DNA from: an uncultured Acidobacteriota bacterium
GTDB taxonomy: Bacteria > Acidobacteriota > Thermoanaerobaculia > Gp7-AA8
Assembly (NCBI GenBank): GCA_963822445.1
Contig: CAWGHO010000001.1
Location: forward strand, 288,001 to 352,000
DNA: 64,000 bases
Direction of reading: 5' to 3'
The stretch's first letter is position 1. Each line of letters opens with the position of its first letter. Below, piece by piece: positions 45,183 to 55,104 of the stretch. Position numbers and translations under genes: made by a program. The notes beneath the pieces were generated by a model. That model was given only the letters and a program-made list of their open reading frames with translations. It searched no databases and had not been told where the DNA came from.

Positions 45183-47435
45183 CTAGAACAGCAGCCGGTA
45201 CGACAAGCCGATATCGCGTCCCGGCAGCGGCGCGACTTCCTTCAGCGCCGACACGTGCGACCGCGCCAGCGCGTCGGTGAGGTTCGTGCCCCGCAACAGG
45301 ATGTCGTGCACGGTGTTGCCCACGATCAGGCGGTATCCGAGGTGCGCGTTGACCATCGTGTAGCCGTCGGTGGGCGACTCCAGCGGCGCCGTGTCGTCCT
45401 GATCGAACGTCCGCCGCACCTCGGCCATGAGATGCCACGGACCGCCGTGCGTGCGGATGCCGACCGCGACGCGCACCGGCGGGATGCGCGGGAGGTTGCC
45501 GCCGTCGCGCAAGGTCGCGCGCACGTAATCGGCGCTCATGTCCAGCTCCACGTGCGACTCGCGATGGCTGAAGAGATGCGTGTGCGTGGCGATCTCCGCG
45601 CCGCGGAACCGCGCATCGCGCTGCACGAACGCGAAAACCGGGAAGCCATCCGCTTCCTCTCCGGTCGGCTCTTCGTAGATGTAGCCGTCGAAGGCGTTGT
45701 TGAAGAGATTGAGCTCGCCGCGGAAGCGGCCGACGGTGCGGCGCAGGGCGATGTCCAGTCCGAGGCTCGTCTCTTCGTCGAGCATCGGATTGCCGACTTC
45801 GAATTGGCGCGTCGCCGCGTGAGGACCATTCGCGTACAGCTCCGTTGCCGTCGGAAGCCGCACGGCCCGAGCAAGCGACAGCGCGATCGCATATCCCTCG
45901 GCGGGACGCCAGATCCCGCCGACTGAACCGGAGATGCCGCCGAACTCACGGTCCGGCAGGTCGGAGGCGTCGACGCGCACGTGCTGATGCTCGAGCCGCG
46001 CGCCGAACTGAATGTCGAAGGTCTCGCCCGGCAATTCTTCGTACGCGAAGATCGCCGTGGCCCGCGAATCATTCGGCGGGATGTAGGCCTCTTCACCGGC
46101 GGCGACGAAATCGTTCGTGGTCAACTGCGCGCCCCAGGTGCCGCGCACGCGGCCGAAGGTGCGGTGATGCGCCTCGATCCGCCCTTCCAGTCCGTCGTTC
46201 GTGAACCGCGTCCCGACCGAGCCGTCCGGCTCGAGCTCGACATGCTCGTAATCGGACAGGCCCATGCGCACCCGCACGGTCTGGAAGATGGCCAGGTCGG
46301 TCAACTCGCCCTTGAAATCAAGGCGCTGCGACTCCATGTCGATGGTGACGCCGCCCTCTTCCTCTTCTTCCTCTTCCCCTTCTTCACCTTCGTGATGATG
46401 GTGGCCGGGGACGCCGTAGTTCGTGGTGAACCTGGTGAAGGCCGCGCCGAAGAAGCCGCGATCGGCGATGTACGAGCCGCCGACCGTGCCCGAGCGCGTT
46501 TCGAGCGCGCTGTTTTCGAGCACACCCTCGAAATGGTCGGGATCATCATCGGGATCCGCGGGACCGGGAATCGAGTAATCGTTCGTATCGCGGAGGGAAA
46601 GGTCCGCATGCCACGCGAACTTGTTCTCTCCGCCGTTCAGGGAGAGGCCCGTGCTCTTTTCTTCAGCTGCGCTTCCGTACCGCAGATCGAGATTGCCGCT
46701 GATGGCCTGCGCGCTGGTCTCGTTCGGAATGCGATCGCTGATCACGTTCACCACGCCGCCGACGGCGTTGCTGCCGTAGAGGAGCGTCGCCGGTCCGCGG
46801 ACGATCTCGATCTGCTCGGCGTTGCCGGGATCGACGCTCACGGCGTGATCGGGGCTGATGTTCGAGACGTCGCCGGTGCCGACGCCTTCTTCGAGCACGC
46901 GGATGCGGTCCGCGCCGAGGCCGCGGATGACGGGGCGGCTCGCGCCGGCGCCGAACGAGGTCGACGAAACGCCCGGCTCCTGCGCCAGCGTCTCGCCGAT
47001 GGTCGGCTGCAGCTTCGCGGCAAGCTCCTCCTCACCGAGCACGTTCACGGCTTGATAAACCTCCGACTCGCGCCGCGAATCAGCGCTGGCCGTGACCACG
47101 ATCTCCTCCGCGTGCACCAGCGGATCGATCACGATCTCGACGGTGCGCGTCTCCCCGGCTTGCACGTCGGCTTCGCCGAGGGTGAAGCCGAGGCGGGGGC
47201 TCTCGGCGCGGACGTGATAGTGCCGGGGCGGAACGTTGTCGAATCGAAACGAACCGTCGGCGCCGGTGATGACGCTGCGGCGCAGCTCGACGAGCGTCAC
47301 CGTCGCGCCGGCGACCGGTTGGGCCTGGGGGTCATAGACCTTGCCGACGACCGTGGCTGTGCGCTGTGCAAAAACAGGAAAAACAATGAGGAAAAGCAGA
47401 ATTGCGCGGCCGAACCGCGCGAGGGGAGCTCGCAT
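45183..47435 (-). CDS. TonB-dependent receptor, ZnuD-like, with N-terminal carboxypeptidase-regulatory-like domain
   Basis: SRPVIRG, DHAV, IEIVRGPATLLYG, His/Glu loop GHHHHEGEEGEEEEEEE, ELYANGPHAAT, terminal Phe. Confidence 0.9.
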   Translation of the reverse strand: MRAPLARFGRAILLFLIVFPVFAQRTATVVGKVYDPQAQPVAGATVTLVELRRSVITGADGSFRFDNVPPRHYHVRAESPRLGFTLGEADVQAGETRTVEIVIDPLVHAEEIVVTASADSRRESEVYQAVNVLGEEELAAKLQPTIGETLAQEPGVSSTSFGAGASRPVIRGLGADRIRVLEEGVGTGDVSNISPDHAVSVDPGNAEQIEIVRGPATLLYGSNAVGGVVNVISDRIPNETSAQAISGNLDLRYGSAAEEKSTGLSLNGGENKFAWHADLSLRDTNDYSIPGPADPDDDPDHFEGVLENSALETRSGTVGGSYIADRGFFGAAFTRFTTNYGVPGHHHHEGEEGEEEEEEEGGVTIDMESQRLDFKGELTDLAIFQTVRVRMGLSDYEHVELEPDGSVGTRFTNDGLEGRIEAHHRTFGRVRGTWGAQLTTNDFVAAGEEAYIPPNDSRATAIFAYEELPGETFDIQFGARLEHQHVRVDASDLPDREFGGISGSVGGIWRPAEGYAIALSLARAVRLPTATELYANGPHAATRQFEVGNPMLDEETSLGLDIALRRTVGRFRGELNLFNNAFDGYIYEEPTGEEADGFPVFAFVQRDARFRGAEIATHTHLFSHRESHVELDMSADYVRATLRDGGNLPRIPPVRVAVGIRTHGGPWHLMAEVRRTFDQDDTAPLESPTDGYTMVNAHLGYRLIVGNTVHDILLRGTNLTDALARSHVSALKEVAPLPGRDIGLSYRLLF

Positions 47436-47480
47436 GACTTGATTTCTCCGATTTCAAACGGCGTGAACGCGCGGGGCGGT

Positions 47481-47720
47481 TCAGACGGCCGGCGGCGCCC
47501 GGGCGGGCAGCTCGCCCGTGAGCGTCGCGGAAACGGAGATGGGAACGTACTCGACGTGAGTCGCGGCAACCGGCGCGTACGGCGCAACGCCTGGTGCATC
47601 GAGATGCGGCACCGCGCCGTGCGCGCACGGGCAATCCTGTTCGGCGAAGTGGACGAGCGGATGGATGGCCGCCGTCGCCAGGAGCAGGATCGCAATCAGT
47701 ACGCGGGTGCGGGTCAACAT
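47481..47720 (-). CDS. DUF2946-like leader peptide with CxC-H motif and C-terminal RAPP
   Basis: N-terminal hydrophobic stretch, HPLVHFAEQDCPCAH, ends PARAPPAV 45 nt upstream of the receptor. Confidence 0.75.
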   Translation of the reverse strand: MLTRTRVLIAILLLATAAIHPLVHFAEQDCPCAHGAVPHLDAPGVAPYAPVAATHVEYVPISVSATLTGELPARAPPAV

Positions 47721-47766
47721 CAAGCGCGGAGAATAACGCAGTCCGCGTCCATATACTCCCGGCGCT

Positions 47767-48309
47767 ATGCAGCTCGACGCCTTCCTTCGCCCTCTGTATC
47801 AGGATCTTGACGGCCATTCGCGAGCGGACGAGATCGAGCGGATCGCGAAGATCGCCCGCACGCTCTACCAGCCGGCCTCACCCGCGGACCAGCAAGCCCT
47901 CGACCTCCTTCTCCGCTTCCACCGCCTCGGCAACTGGCTGGACAAAGTCGGCAACCTCACCCGGACCGCGCTGGCCGTTGAGGGGGTGACTGAAGGTGAG
48001 CTGCGTCAGACCGCGGCATCGATCCGGCGGCTGGAAAATCCGGTGAGCGAGGCGGAGCGGGCGGTGGCCGCGGCGATTCTCATCGACGGCGCGGGTGTGC
48101 GCGGTCTGGCTGAATCCTTTGCCCGCGCGCGCCGTGAAGGAAGCTCGCAGATGGACGTGCTGCGTAACGTGCTCTCCGATGTGTTCATCCCCGACTGGCT
48201 TCCCGACAGTGCCGAGGATTGGCTGTATGCGCGGCGCGAAGCGCGACGCGAAGTGTGCAAGCGTTTGCTGGAAGAGTTGTCGCTCGACGACTACGTTCCG
48301 CGCCCTTAG
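47767..48309 (+). CDS. Hypothetical protein (degenerate HD-domain-like)
   Basis: 180 aa helical ORF; stop overlaps convergent gene; no intact HD motif. Confidence 0.6.
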   Translation: MQLDAFLRPLYQDLDGHSRADEIERIAKIARTLYQPASPADQQALDLLLRFHRLGNWLDKVGNLTRTALAVEGVTEGELRQTAASIRRLENPVSEAERAVAAAILIDGAGVRGLAESFARARREGSSQMDVLRNVLSDVFIPDWLPDSAEDWLYARREARREVCKRLLEELSLDDYVPRP

Positions 48310-49193
48310 GGACAGTGCTCGTAAAGCATCGTCAGAAAGCCATCGAGCTTCTTGTAGAACGTCTCCGGCTGCTCGAGCCAGGGGAAGTGTCCGGCGTTTT
48401 CGATCATCACCAGCTCTGATCCGGGAAACGTCTCGTGCACTTCCTGCGCGCTCTCGAGCGGGTCCTGCTTGCCGTGAATCACGAGCACCGGGGCCTGCAC
48501 CTTTTCGAGACCGGCGCGGAGATCGAGGGCCATCATCTGCGGAACGATGGCCCAGAACGTGGCATCGCGAAATGACTCGGTGGTCATCGGATCGGTGAGC
48601 AGTTTCGCTTTCGAGCGGTCGGCAAAGTAGGCCGCGGTCTTCGCCTTGGTGATCTCCAGCACGGCCCGGGCGGGATCGTCTTTCTTCCGCGCCGTCCACT
48701 CGGCGATGGCCGCCTTCTCTTCCGCGGTGAAGCGCGACTCGAGGTTGGCGTTGAACTTCATCAGCGACTTGAGCGTCGGTCCGCCGGAATCGATCAGGAC
48801 GAGCATCCCCGTTCGATCGGGATGCTCGCGGGCATACATCATCGAGACGATCCCGCCGAAGGAATGGCCGACGAGCACGAGCGAACGTTCGTCGAGATGG
48901 TTGCGCAGCGCTTCGAGATCTTCGACGAGCTTCGGCATTTGCAGCGACGTCGCGCCCGATGACTTTCCCGTTCCGCGCTGGTGCAGAAGGATGAACTGGT
49001 ACTTCTCCGCGAGCTGGTCCGCGATCGGCCGGAGGTAGTCCGGCGAGAAGCCCGGTCCGCCGGAGAGAAGCACGACCGGCGCACCCTTTCCGACGACGTT
49101 GTAGTGAATGATCGTGCCGTCGGCGGACTTGAAGGTCTCCGCCGCCAGCGGCAATACGAAAAGGGAAAGCGCGAGGATTCTGAGCGTCGACAT
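48306..49193 (-). CDS. Alpha/beta hydrolase (proline iminopeptidase-like), exported
   Basis: SGGPG, QRGTGKS, GHSFGG, HGKQDP, AGHFPWLE. Confidence 0.9.
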   Translation of the reverse strand: MSTLRILALSLFVLPLAAETFKSADGTIIHYNVVGKGAPVVLLSGGPGFSPDYLRPIADQLAEKYQFILLHQRGTGKSSGATSLQMPKLVEDLEALRNHLDERSLVLVGHSFGGIVSMMYAREHPDRTGMLVLIDSGGPTLKSLMKFNANLESRFTAEEKAAIAEWTARKKDDPARAVLEITKAKTAAYFADRSKAKLLTDPMTTESFRDATFWAIVPQMMALDLRAGLEKVQAPVLVIHGKQDPLESAQEVHETFPGSELVMIENAGHFPWLEQPETFYKKLDGFLTMLYEHCP

Positions 49194-49299
49194 CGCCGCA
49201 TACGTTCGCACGAATCGTGTTATATGTGACCTCCCACCTTTACTTCAGCAGTTCCTGAATGCAGCAGATCCTGCATGCATACTCCCCTGGAGGCGCTGC

Positions 49300-51891
49300 G
49301 TGCAGAGTCCGAGCTACCGGTCTTTCTTCTTCGTCGTCGTTCTTCTGATTCTTTCCCCGCTGGCGCATGCGGAGCATCTGCAGGGCACCTGGAGCGGGAC
49401 TCACGAGACCGAATACACCTACTGCTCCGCGAAGCCGAAAGTATCCGGAAAGGCGCTGCTGATCCTCGGCCACGACAACTTGACCGTCGCCGGAAGCTTG
49501 ACGACCGAGGCGGAGCGAACCGAGGGCTGTAAGTTGACACCGAGAGGTGCCTTCACCGTCGAGTTGAGCGGACCCGTGATCGGCGTCAACTTCAAGGCCG
49601 ATATTACATACCCGGGCGAGGGTGTCATCGGGACCGCGACCGGCACGTTCTCGTCGGGCTTCCCGAACACGATGGTCCTGGTTCTGAACCTGACTCCCGA
49701 AGCCCCGTTCTCCATCGTGGCGACGCTGACGAAAGAGGAGCCCAGGCCCGAGGCGAATCCGAACGTCGTGGTCTCTTCGTTTCCCACCGGCATGATCCAG
49801 CGGACCGGTGAAGCGACGGCCGCGGACAGCTTCACCCTGACCAACACCGGCACCGCGCCGGCGGAAGTCGTCGTCTCCACCATCAGCGATTTCATCGTCC
49901 TCCCCGTGCTCACCGTGACCATCGCTCCGGGCGGCACGCACGTCATCGGTTTCCGATCAACGGCCCAGTCGACAGCGGGCGGGCGCTTCGGCGAGATCAC
50001 CGTCCAGGGTGGCGCCATCCTGACCATCCCCGTCAGCCTGCTCACCGGCGAGACGTCATTGGGCGAGATCCGCCCCACCGCTCCAACCGTCCGCCCCGAA
50101 ACCGTCGCTCCCGCGACTCAGAAGAGGATCACCGGCAGAGCTGTCTTCACGAACAGCAGCACCACAGACCTCCTGGCGATTGCGGTCGCCGACGTTCCCT
50201 GGATCTCGTTTGAACGGGAAGCGCTCGAGTTCCCGGCCGGAAAAACCGTCACTGTCTTTTACGAAGTCGATCGCGACAAACGGCTCGACGCGGACTCGCT
50301 GATCGGCGGCGCGGCCGCGAAGATCTCGCTGCGCTTCGTCGGCGGATCAACAGCGAGCGCGAAGTCGATTACGCCGCACGGCAGCACCAACAGCACGGTC
50401 TCCGTCCAGATCGTCGATGCGGTAAAGCCCGGCGTCACATCAGGCGCGATCCCGGCACCGATCCCCGGCGAGATCATCTACTTCATCGCCGGCCTCGACG
50501 GACGAGGGAGCAGGCTGACCGATCTGCTGCTGTCCAATCGCGGCACCGCGAAGACGACCGACCTCAGGATGTACTTCTCCACCTTCGCACCGGGCTCGGT
50601 GGCGAAGCTCCTGAACAACGTCGCCGGCTTCGATCCGAACGTGGCCGTGGCGTTTCCGTCGATGGCGAAGAACGTTTTCGACGCCGCCGGTCAGGTCGGA
50701 ACGCTGCAGATTCGAGGAACGAGCGCGAGCGGCATGGCCATCGCGGCGGTGCAGCTGTCGTCGACGGTCGATGGGCGTTACGCGACCGTCCTGCCGGTGC
50801 TCCGTTCCGATCGTGCCGCCGGCGCCGGCGAGCGCATTACCCTGGCGGGCGTCGAGGAGAACGCGACCGCGCACACGGCGCTGTTCATTCAGGAAGTCGC
50901 GGGCGTCCGCGGAAGCATTCAAATCGACTTCATGAGCTCCTCCGGCGCGCTGCTCCTGCCGGCGCGTCCGGCCGACTCGGTGAACGGCCACGCATTGCTG
51001 GAAGCAACGGTTCCCGCGGGAGCGGCGGTCGCGCGCATCACCGTCGCCAGCGACGCGGGGGCCGCGCGGTTCGCAGCGTACGCGCTGGTCACCGATGACG
51101 ACACCGGCGACTCCTGGGTAGTGTCGGACCTGATCCGCGGCAGCAGTCCGCCGTCGAACGCGTTCGTCGTACCGCTCGTCGATGTCGACGGCCAGTCGCC
51201 GCGGCGCACGGTGTATCTCACCAACTCAGGGACGTCCGCCGTCGACGCGACGTTCGAGGAGGTCGCCCAGTCCGCGCGCCGCCGCACCGTCGTTCACGGA
51301 TTCGCGCCGGCCGTCGATGCGACGCTGCTCATCCAGCCGGAACAGACCATCACGCCGTCGATCTCGATCGGCAACGGCTACCTGCGCTTCTCCTCGCCTT
51401 CGGGCACGCTGGCCGGAAGCGCGCGGTCGCTCGCCGATCGACCCGCGTCCGGAGGATCCTTCGGCACCGGCCTCATTGCGCTGCCCGTGACCGCATCCAT
51501 CGGCAACGGCGAATCGAAACGGATCACCGGCATCGACGACGCATCGGACGCCTCACGCGTCGCCGCGACCCACGGAACGTATCGCTCGACGCTGATCCTC
51601 GTCGAAACCGCCGGCGAGCGCGCGACCGTGCGTCTGACGCTTCGCTATGTCTTCGCGAGCGGAACGAAGGTCAGCGCGTTCGGCACGGCGATCAAAGAGA
51701 TCAGCATCGGCGCAAAGCAGATGCTGACCCTCCCCGACCTGGCCCGGGCCATCCTCGGCCATCAACGCAACGCGTTCGGAGACCTGATCAACTCGCAACT
51801 CGACATCGAGGTGATCGACGGTAACGGACGGGTGGGAGCGATGGTGCAGTCCGTCGACAACGGCAGCGGGGACGTGTTGATGCGCGAGTGA
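49300..51891 (+). CDS. Large secreted multi-domain beta-sandwich protein
   Basis: GGAGG RBS, GTG start, signal peptide ending LAHA; Ig-like segments; internal ARRRTVVH motif. Confidence 0.75.
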   Translation: MQSPSYRSFFFVVVLLILSPLAHAEHLQGTWSGTHETEYTYCSAKPKVSGKALLILGHDNLTVAGSLTTEAERTEGCKLTPRGAFTVELSGPVIGVNFKADITYPGEGVIGTATGTFSSGFPNTMVLVLNLTPEAPFSIVATLTKEEPRPEANPNVVVSSFPTGMIQRTGEATAADSFTLTNTGTAPAEVVVSTISDFIVLPVLTVTIAPGGTHVIGFRSTAQSTAGGRFGEITVQGGAILTIPVSLLTGETSLGEIRPTAPTVRPETVAPATQKRITGRAVFTNSSTTDLLAIAVADVPWISFEREALEFPAGKTVTVFYEVDRDKRLDADSLIGGAAAKISLRFVGGSTASAKSITPHGSTNSTVSVQIVDAVKPGVTSGAIPAPIPGEIIYFIAGLDGRGSRLTDLLLSNRGTAKTTDLRMYFSTFAPGSVAKLLNNVAGFDPNVAVAFPSMAKNVFDAAGQVGTLQIRGTSASGMAIAAVQLSSTVDGRYATVLPVLRSDRAAGAGERITLAGVEENATAHTALFIQEVAGVRGSIQIDFMSSSGALLLPARPADSVNGHALLEATVPAGAAVARITVASDAGAARFAAYALVTDDDTGDSWVVSDLIRGSSPPSNAFVVPLVDVDGQSPRRTVYLTNSGTSAVDATFEEVAQSARRRTVVHGFAPAVDATLLIQPEQTITPSISIGNGYLRFSSPSGTLAGSARSLADRPASGGSFGTGLIALPVTASIGNGESKRITGIDDASDASRVAATHGTYRSTLILVETAGERATVRLTLRYVFASGTKVSAFGTAIKEISIGAKQMLTLPDLARAILGHQRNAFGDLINSQLDIEVIDGNGRVGAMVQSVDNGSGDVLMRE

Positions 51892-51954
51892 GGTCAGCCG
51901 ACAACCCGCACGAGGATCTGACAATCGGCATCGCCATTGAGCATGCAACTGCTT

Positions 51955-52304
51955 TCAGTCATGGCGGTGGTTTCTTTGTAGTGAGCCGCGCGCTGCATCC
52001 GCATATTGAAGGCGCACGACCTTGTGAATCGTTTCCTCGGTGTTCTCGAGCACATCCAGCGTCCGCCACTCCGCTCGGATCAGGCTTCGAAACATCGCGA
52101 GGAGATCCGGCGCGATGAATTCGCCGAATCCTTCCAGAAGCTGGAGCGGCGGAATGCCGCTGACACGCGATGCCGCCGTGACGATAGCGTGACCTGCTCG
52201 TCCGGATAGCTGCGCGAAGCGAGGTAAACCGAGCCTGACAGGTCCGCCTCGGTCAGCAACGCTTCCCACGTCTTCTCACCGAACGACGCATTCGCATACT
52301 TGCG
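51955..52304 (-). pseudogene. H-NOX (heme NO-binding) domain remnant
   Basis: KYANASFGEKTWEALL..YLASRSYPDE, frameshift, then LEGFGEF..TLDVLENTEETIHKVVR; N-terminus and C-terminal part missing. Confidence 0.7.
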
Positions 52305-52411
52305 CTGTCCGAATCCGCGTAAGTTTTTTTACCGGGGGCCTGCGCGGTGGATCGTACCGTCAACGCCGGGACGGCGCGGAGAGGATTTGCTGACGAGACT
52401 CGGGAAGGGCT

Positions 52412-52675
52412 CTACCTGGCGCGAGCTGCCCCGCCGCGCAAGAGCCGCAGGACGAACAGCAGGACGACCGCGCCTATGAAGGCCACGAATATGGTGCCGG
52501 GTAAACCGGCGAACGGCGTGGACACGCCCAGTTTCGAGAAAAGCCATCCGCCGACGAAGGCGCCCACGATACCGATGATGATGTCGCCGACGATGCCGTA
52601 GCCGGTTCCGCCCATGACCATGGACGCAAGCACGCCCGCAACGAGTCCCACGATGATCCAGATCAGAATGCTCAT
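52412..52675 (-). CDS. GlsB/YeaQ/YmgE family stress-response membrane protein
   Basis: WIIVGLVAGVLA..DIIIGIVGAFVGGWLF..AFIGAVVLL. Confidence 0.92.
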   Translation of the reverse strand: MSILIWIIVGLVAGVLASMVMGGTGYGIVGDIIIGIVGAFVGGWLFSKLGVSTPFAGLPGTIFVAFIGAVVLLFVLRLLRGGAARAR

Positions 52676-52815
52676 GTGATTGGTTCCTCTTTCGAGTCGA
52701 CCACAGCAACTGCCGTGCCCCGCGTTTCGATGCACCTTTCACAAATAGTTCGCCGGAACCGGTCTCGAAGCGAAAAGTAGAGTACCGTGCCGTACAGACT
52801 TACACGGGAGAACTG

Positions 52816-52995
52816 ATGGCAAGAGGCGCGGGAAAAGCTCCAAAACAGATCACCTGGATCATCTGCCTCATTCTCTATGTGCTCGCCCTGGTCGTGCACT
52901 TCGGAGTCGTGAAGCTCACCGGCAACGTCGGCGACTGGGCGTGGATCATCGGCTTCGGGCTGCTGCTCGCGGCCGTTCAGGTCCGCGGTCTTTAG
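52816..52995 (+). CDS. Small 59-aa two-TM membrane protein (absent from the ORF track)
   Basis: GGAG RBS, ATG 52816, MARGAGKAPKQITWIICLILYVLALVVHFGVVKLTGNVGDWAWIIGFGLLLAAVQVRGL, TAG ending 52995. Confidence 0.75.
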   Translation: MARGAGKAPKQITWIICLILYVLALVVHFGVVKLTGNVGDWAWIIGFGLLLAAVQVRGL

Positions 52996-52998
52996 CCG

Positions 52999-54939
52999 CT
53001 ACGTCCGGACGACGCCGGCCCGCTCGTACACCTTCGCCTCGATGAATGTCTCCACGAGCGAGGGATCGAGCAGGCCGTCCTTCATCTCCATGCGGAGGAT
53101 GTCCAGCGCGCGCTCGGTGGGCACCGCGCTTTTGTACGGGCGGTCGCTCGCGCTCAGCGCGTCGTAGATGTCGGAGATGGTCATCATCCGCGACTGGATG
53201 GGGATGTCGTCGGCGCATGAGCTTGCGCGGATAGCCGCGGCCGTTCAGCTTCTCGTGATGGGCGTAGGCGATGTCGGCGACCGCGGAGAGATCGCGCGTC
53301 CAGGGGATCTTCATGAGGAAGTTGAAGGTGTGGGTGACGTGGCTCTCGATCTCCATGCCGCTCGGCGGATCGAGGTTGCCCTTGCGGATCGAGAGCACGC
53401 GCGCCTCTTCCGGATCGAGCAGCAGCTGGCTCTCGTCCGCGGAAGTCGACGTACTCGCGCGTGGCCAGCTGCTGCAGGTACTGGAACTCCCCTTCCGGCA
53501 GCACGGTCGGCTCGTTCGACTGGGCGATGAATGCGAAGTCCTTCTGCAGCTCGCTGAATCGCTGCCTGCGACTCGCCGTCGACCTGCGCGCTGAACGCCT
53601 CGTATCCGCGTCTCGGCCATTCTTCAGGAGGTAGTCGAGCTTGCGCTGACTGGCCTCGTTCTCGACGCGCTTTCATCACGAACTCGAAGCGCGCCCGGAT
53701 CATCTCGATCTGCAGCGGGTAGAGCTTCTTCTCCTTGACCAGGACCTGCTCGCGCACGCCGACCTTGCCGAAGTCGTGGAGCAGCGAGGCGTAGCGGATC
53801 TCGCGAATCTGATCGGTGGTGAAGCGGACGTCGCGAAGCTGGCCGTCGTCGATGCGGTCGATGACGCGCGCCAGCTCGACGGTGAGCTCGGCCACGCGGA
53901 AGGAGTGACCGGACGTCGTCGGATCGCGCTGCTCGATCGCCGTGACGGCCGCGGTGACGAAGCCTTCGAAGAGCCGCTCGATCGATTCGTACAGCAGGTT
54001 GTTCTCGACGGCGACCGCGGCCTGGCTGGCCAGGGCGCGCATGATGTCGGCGGTCGCGCTGTCGAATTCGCAGACGCTTTCCGGAACGGTGTCCGCGCTC
54101 AGACGCGCCGGCGCGCCGTGGCGGCGCCGGTTGATCAACTGCAGCACGCCGATGATCGTCGCCGACGTGATTCGTCATCGGGAAGACCAGCAGCGACTTG
54201 GTCAGATAGCCGTTCTTCTCATCGAAGCTGCGGTTGATCTCGTACTCGGCGTCGGCGGGGATGTTGTACGCGTCGTCGATCACCAGCGTTTCGCCGGTCA
54301 TGGCCACGTAGCCCGCAAGGCTCTTGCGCGTGATCGGGAGGATCTTTTCCTCGAAGGCCTCGACGTCGATCGAATCGTTCTGGGCCAGCTTCCAGCGGAG
54401 GACCTGCCGTCCGCCCACCGTGTCGAGGAGGTAGAGCGATCCCGCATCGGCGCGCGAGAGCTCGCGGGCTTTGCTCAGGATCATGGTCAGCAGCACGGAG
54501 TGATCGCGCACGGTCGACAGCGCCGCGCCGACATCGGCTACCTGCTGTAGCTCCCGGGTCCGTTCGCCGAGCTGCCGTTCGAGCTGATCCGCTCTCTGCT
54601 TCTGGTAGAGGAACTGGTAGGCCCGCTTGATCGCGCCGACCAGGACGCCCGTTGACGGATCCTGCGGAAGATTCAGGAAAACGCTGTCATCGGCCAGCCA
54701 TTTCGGCTGTTCCTCGAGTCCGATGCCGACGATGGCCGTGCGCGGATCGAGAGCGAGCGTGGAGTTGCGTCCGTTGATGATGCCCGGATCGACGAGGGCA
54801 ACCCGCAGGAAGTACCGTCCCCCGTCACGAGTTGATCGAGAGTCTGCATCCGGCTCGAGGAGATCGACTCACGCGTCAGCGCGTCGGCGTATCTCCCGAT
54901 CGGGAACGACTCCGAATGCAACAGGGTCAGTGTCTGCAT
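52999..54939 (-). pseudogene. GAF + HD-GYP cyclic di-nucleotide phosphodiesterase, multiply frameshifted (probably sequencing errors)
   Basis: [38 protein letters not shown] and [14 protein letters not shown] spread over at least 4 ORF fragments. Confidence 0.8.
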
Positions 54940-55016
54940 GGGTTTGTCGAACAGGCCGTGCAACCCGGCCGCCAGTAGGCTTCTTCCACTTCGAAAACGT
55001 GATTATCTCACCGACG

Positions 55017-55081
55017 GTGTGGTGTGGGCCTCCGGCCTACCTCTCCACCGCCCAAAGGTAGGCCGGAGGCCCACACTACAC
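55017..55081. repeat. REP-like hairpin, copy 2 (GTGTRGTGTGGGC family)
   Basis: 26 bp arms with one G-T pair; homologous to 7797-7858. Confidence 0.8.
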
Positions 55082-55104
55082 GGGGGCGGTTACACTTTCG
55101 GCCG

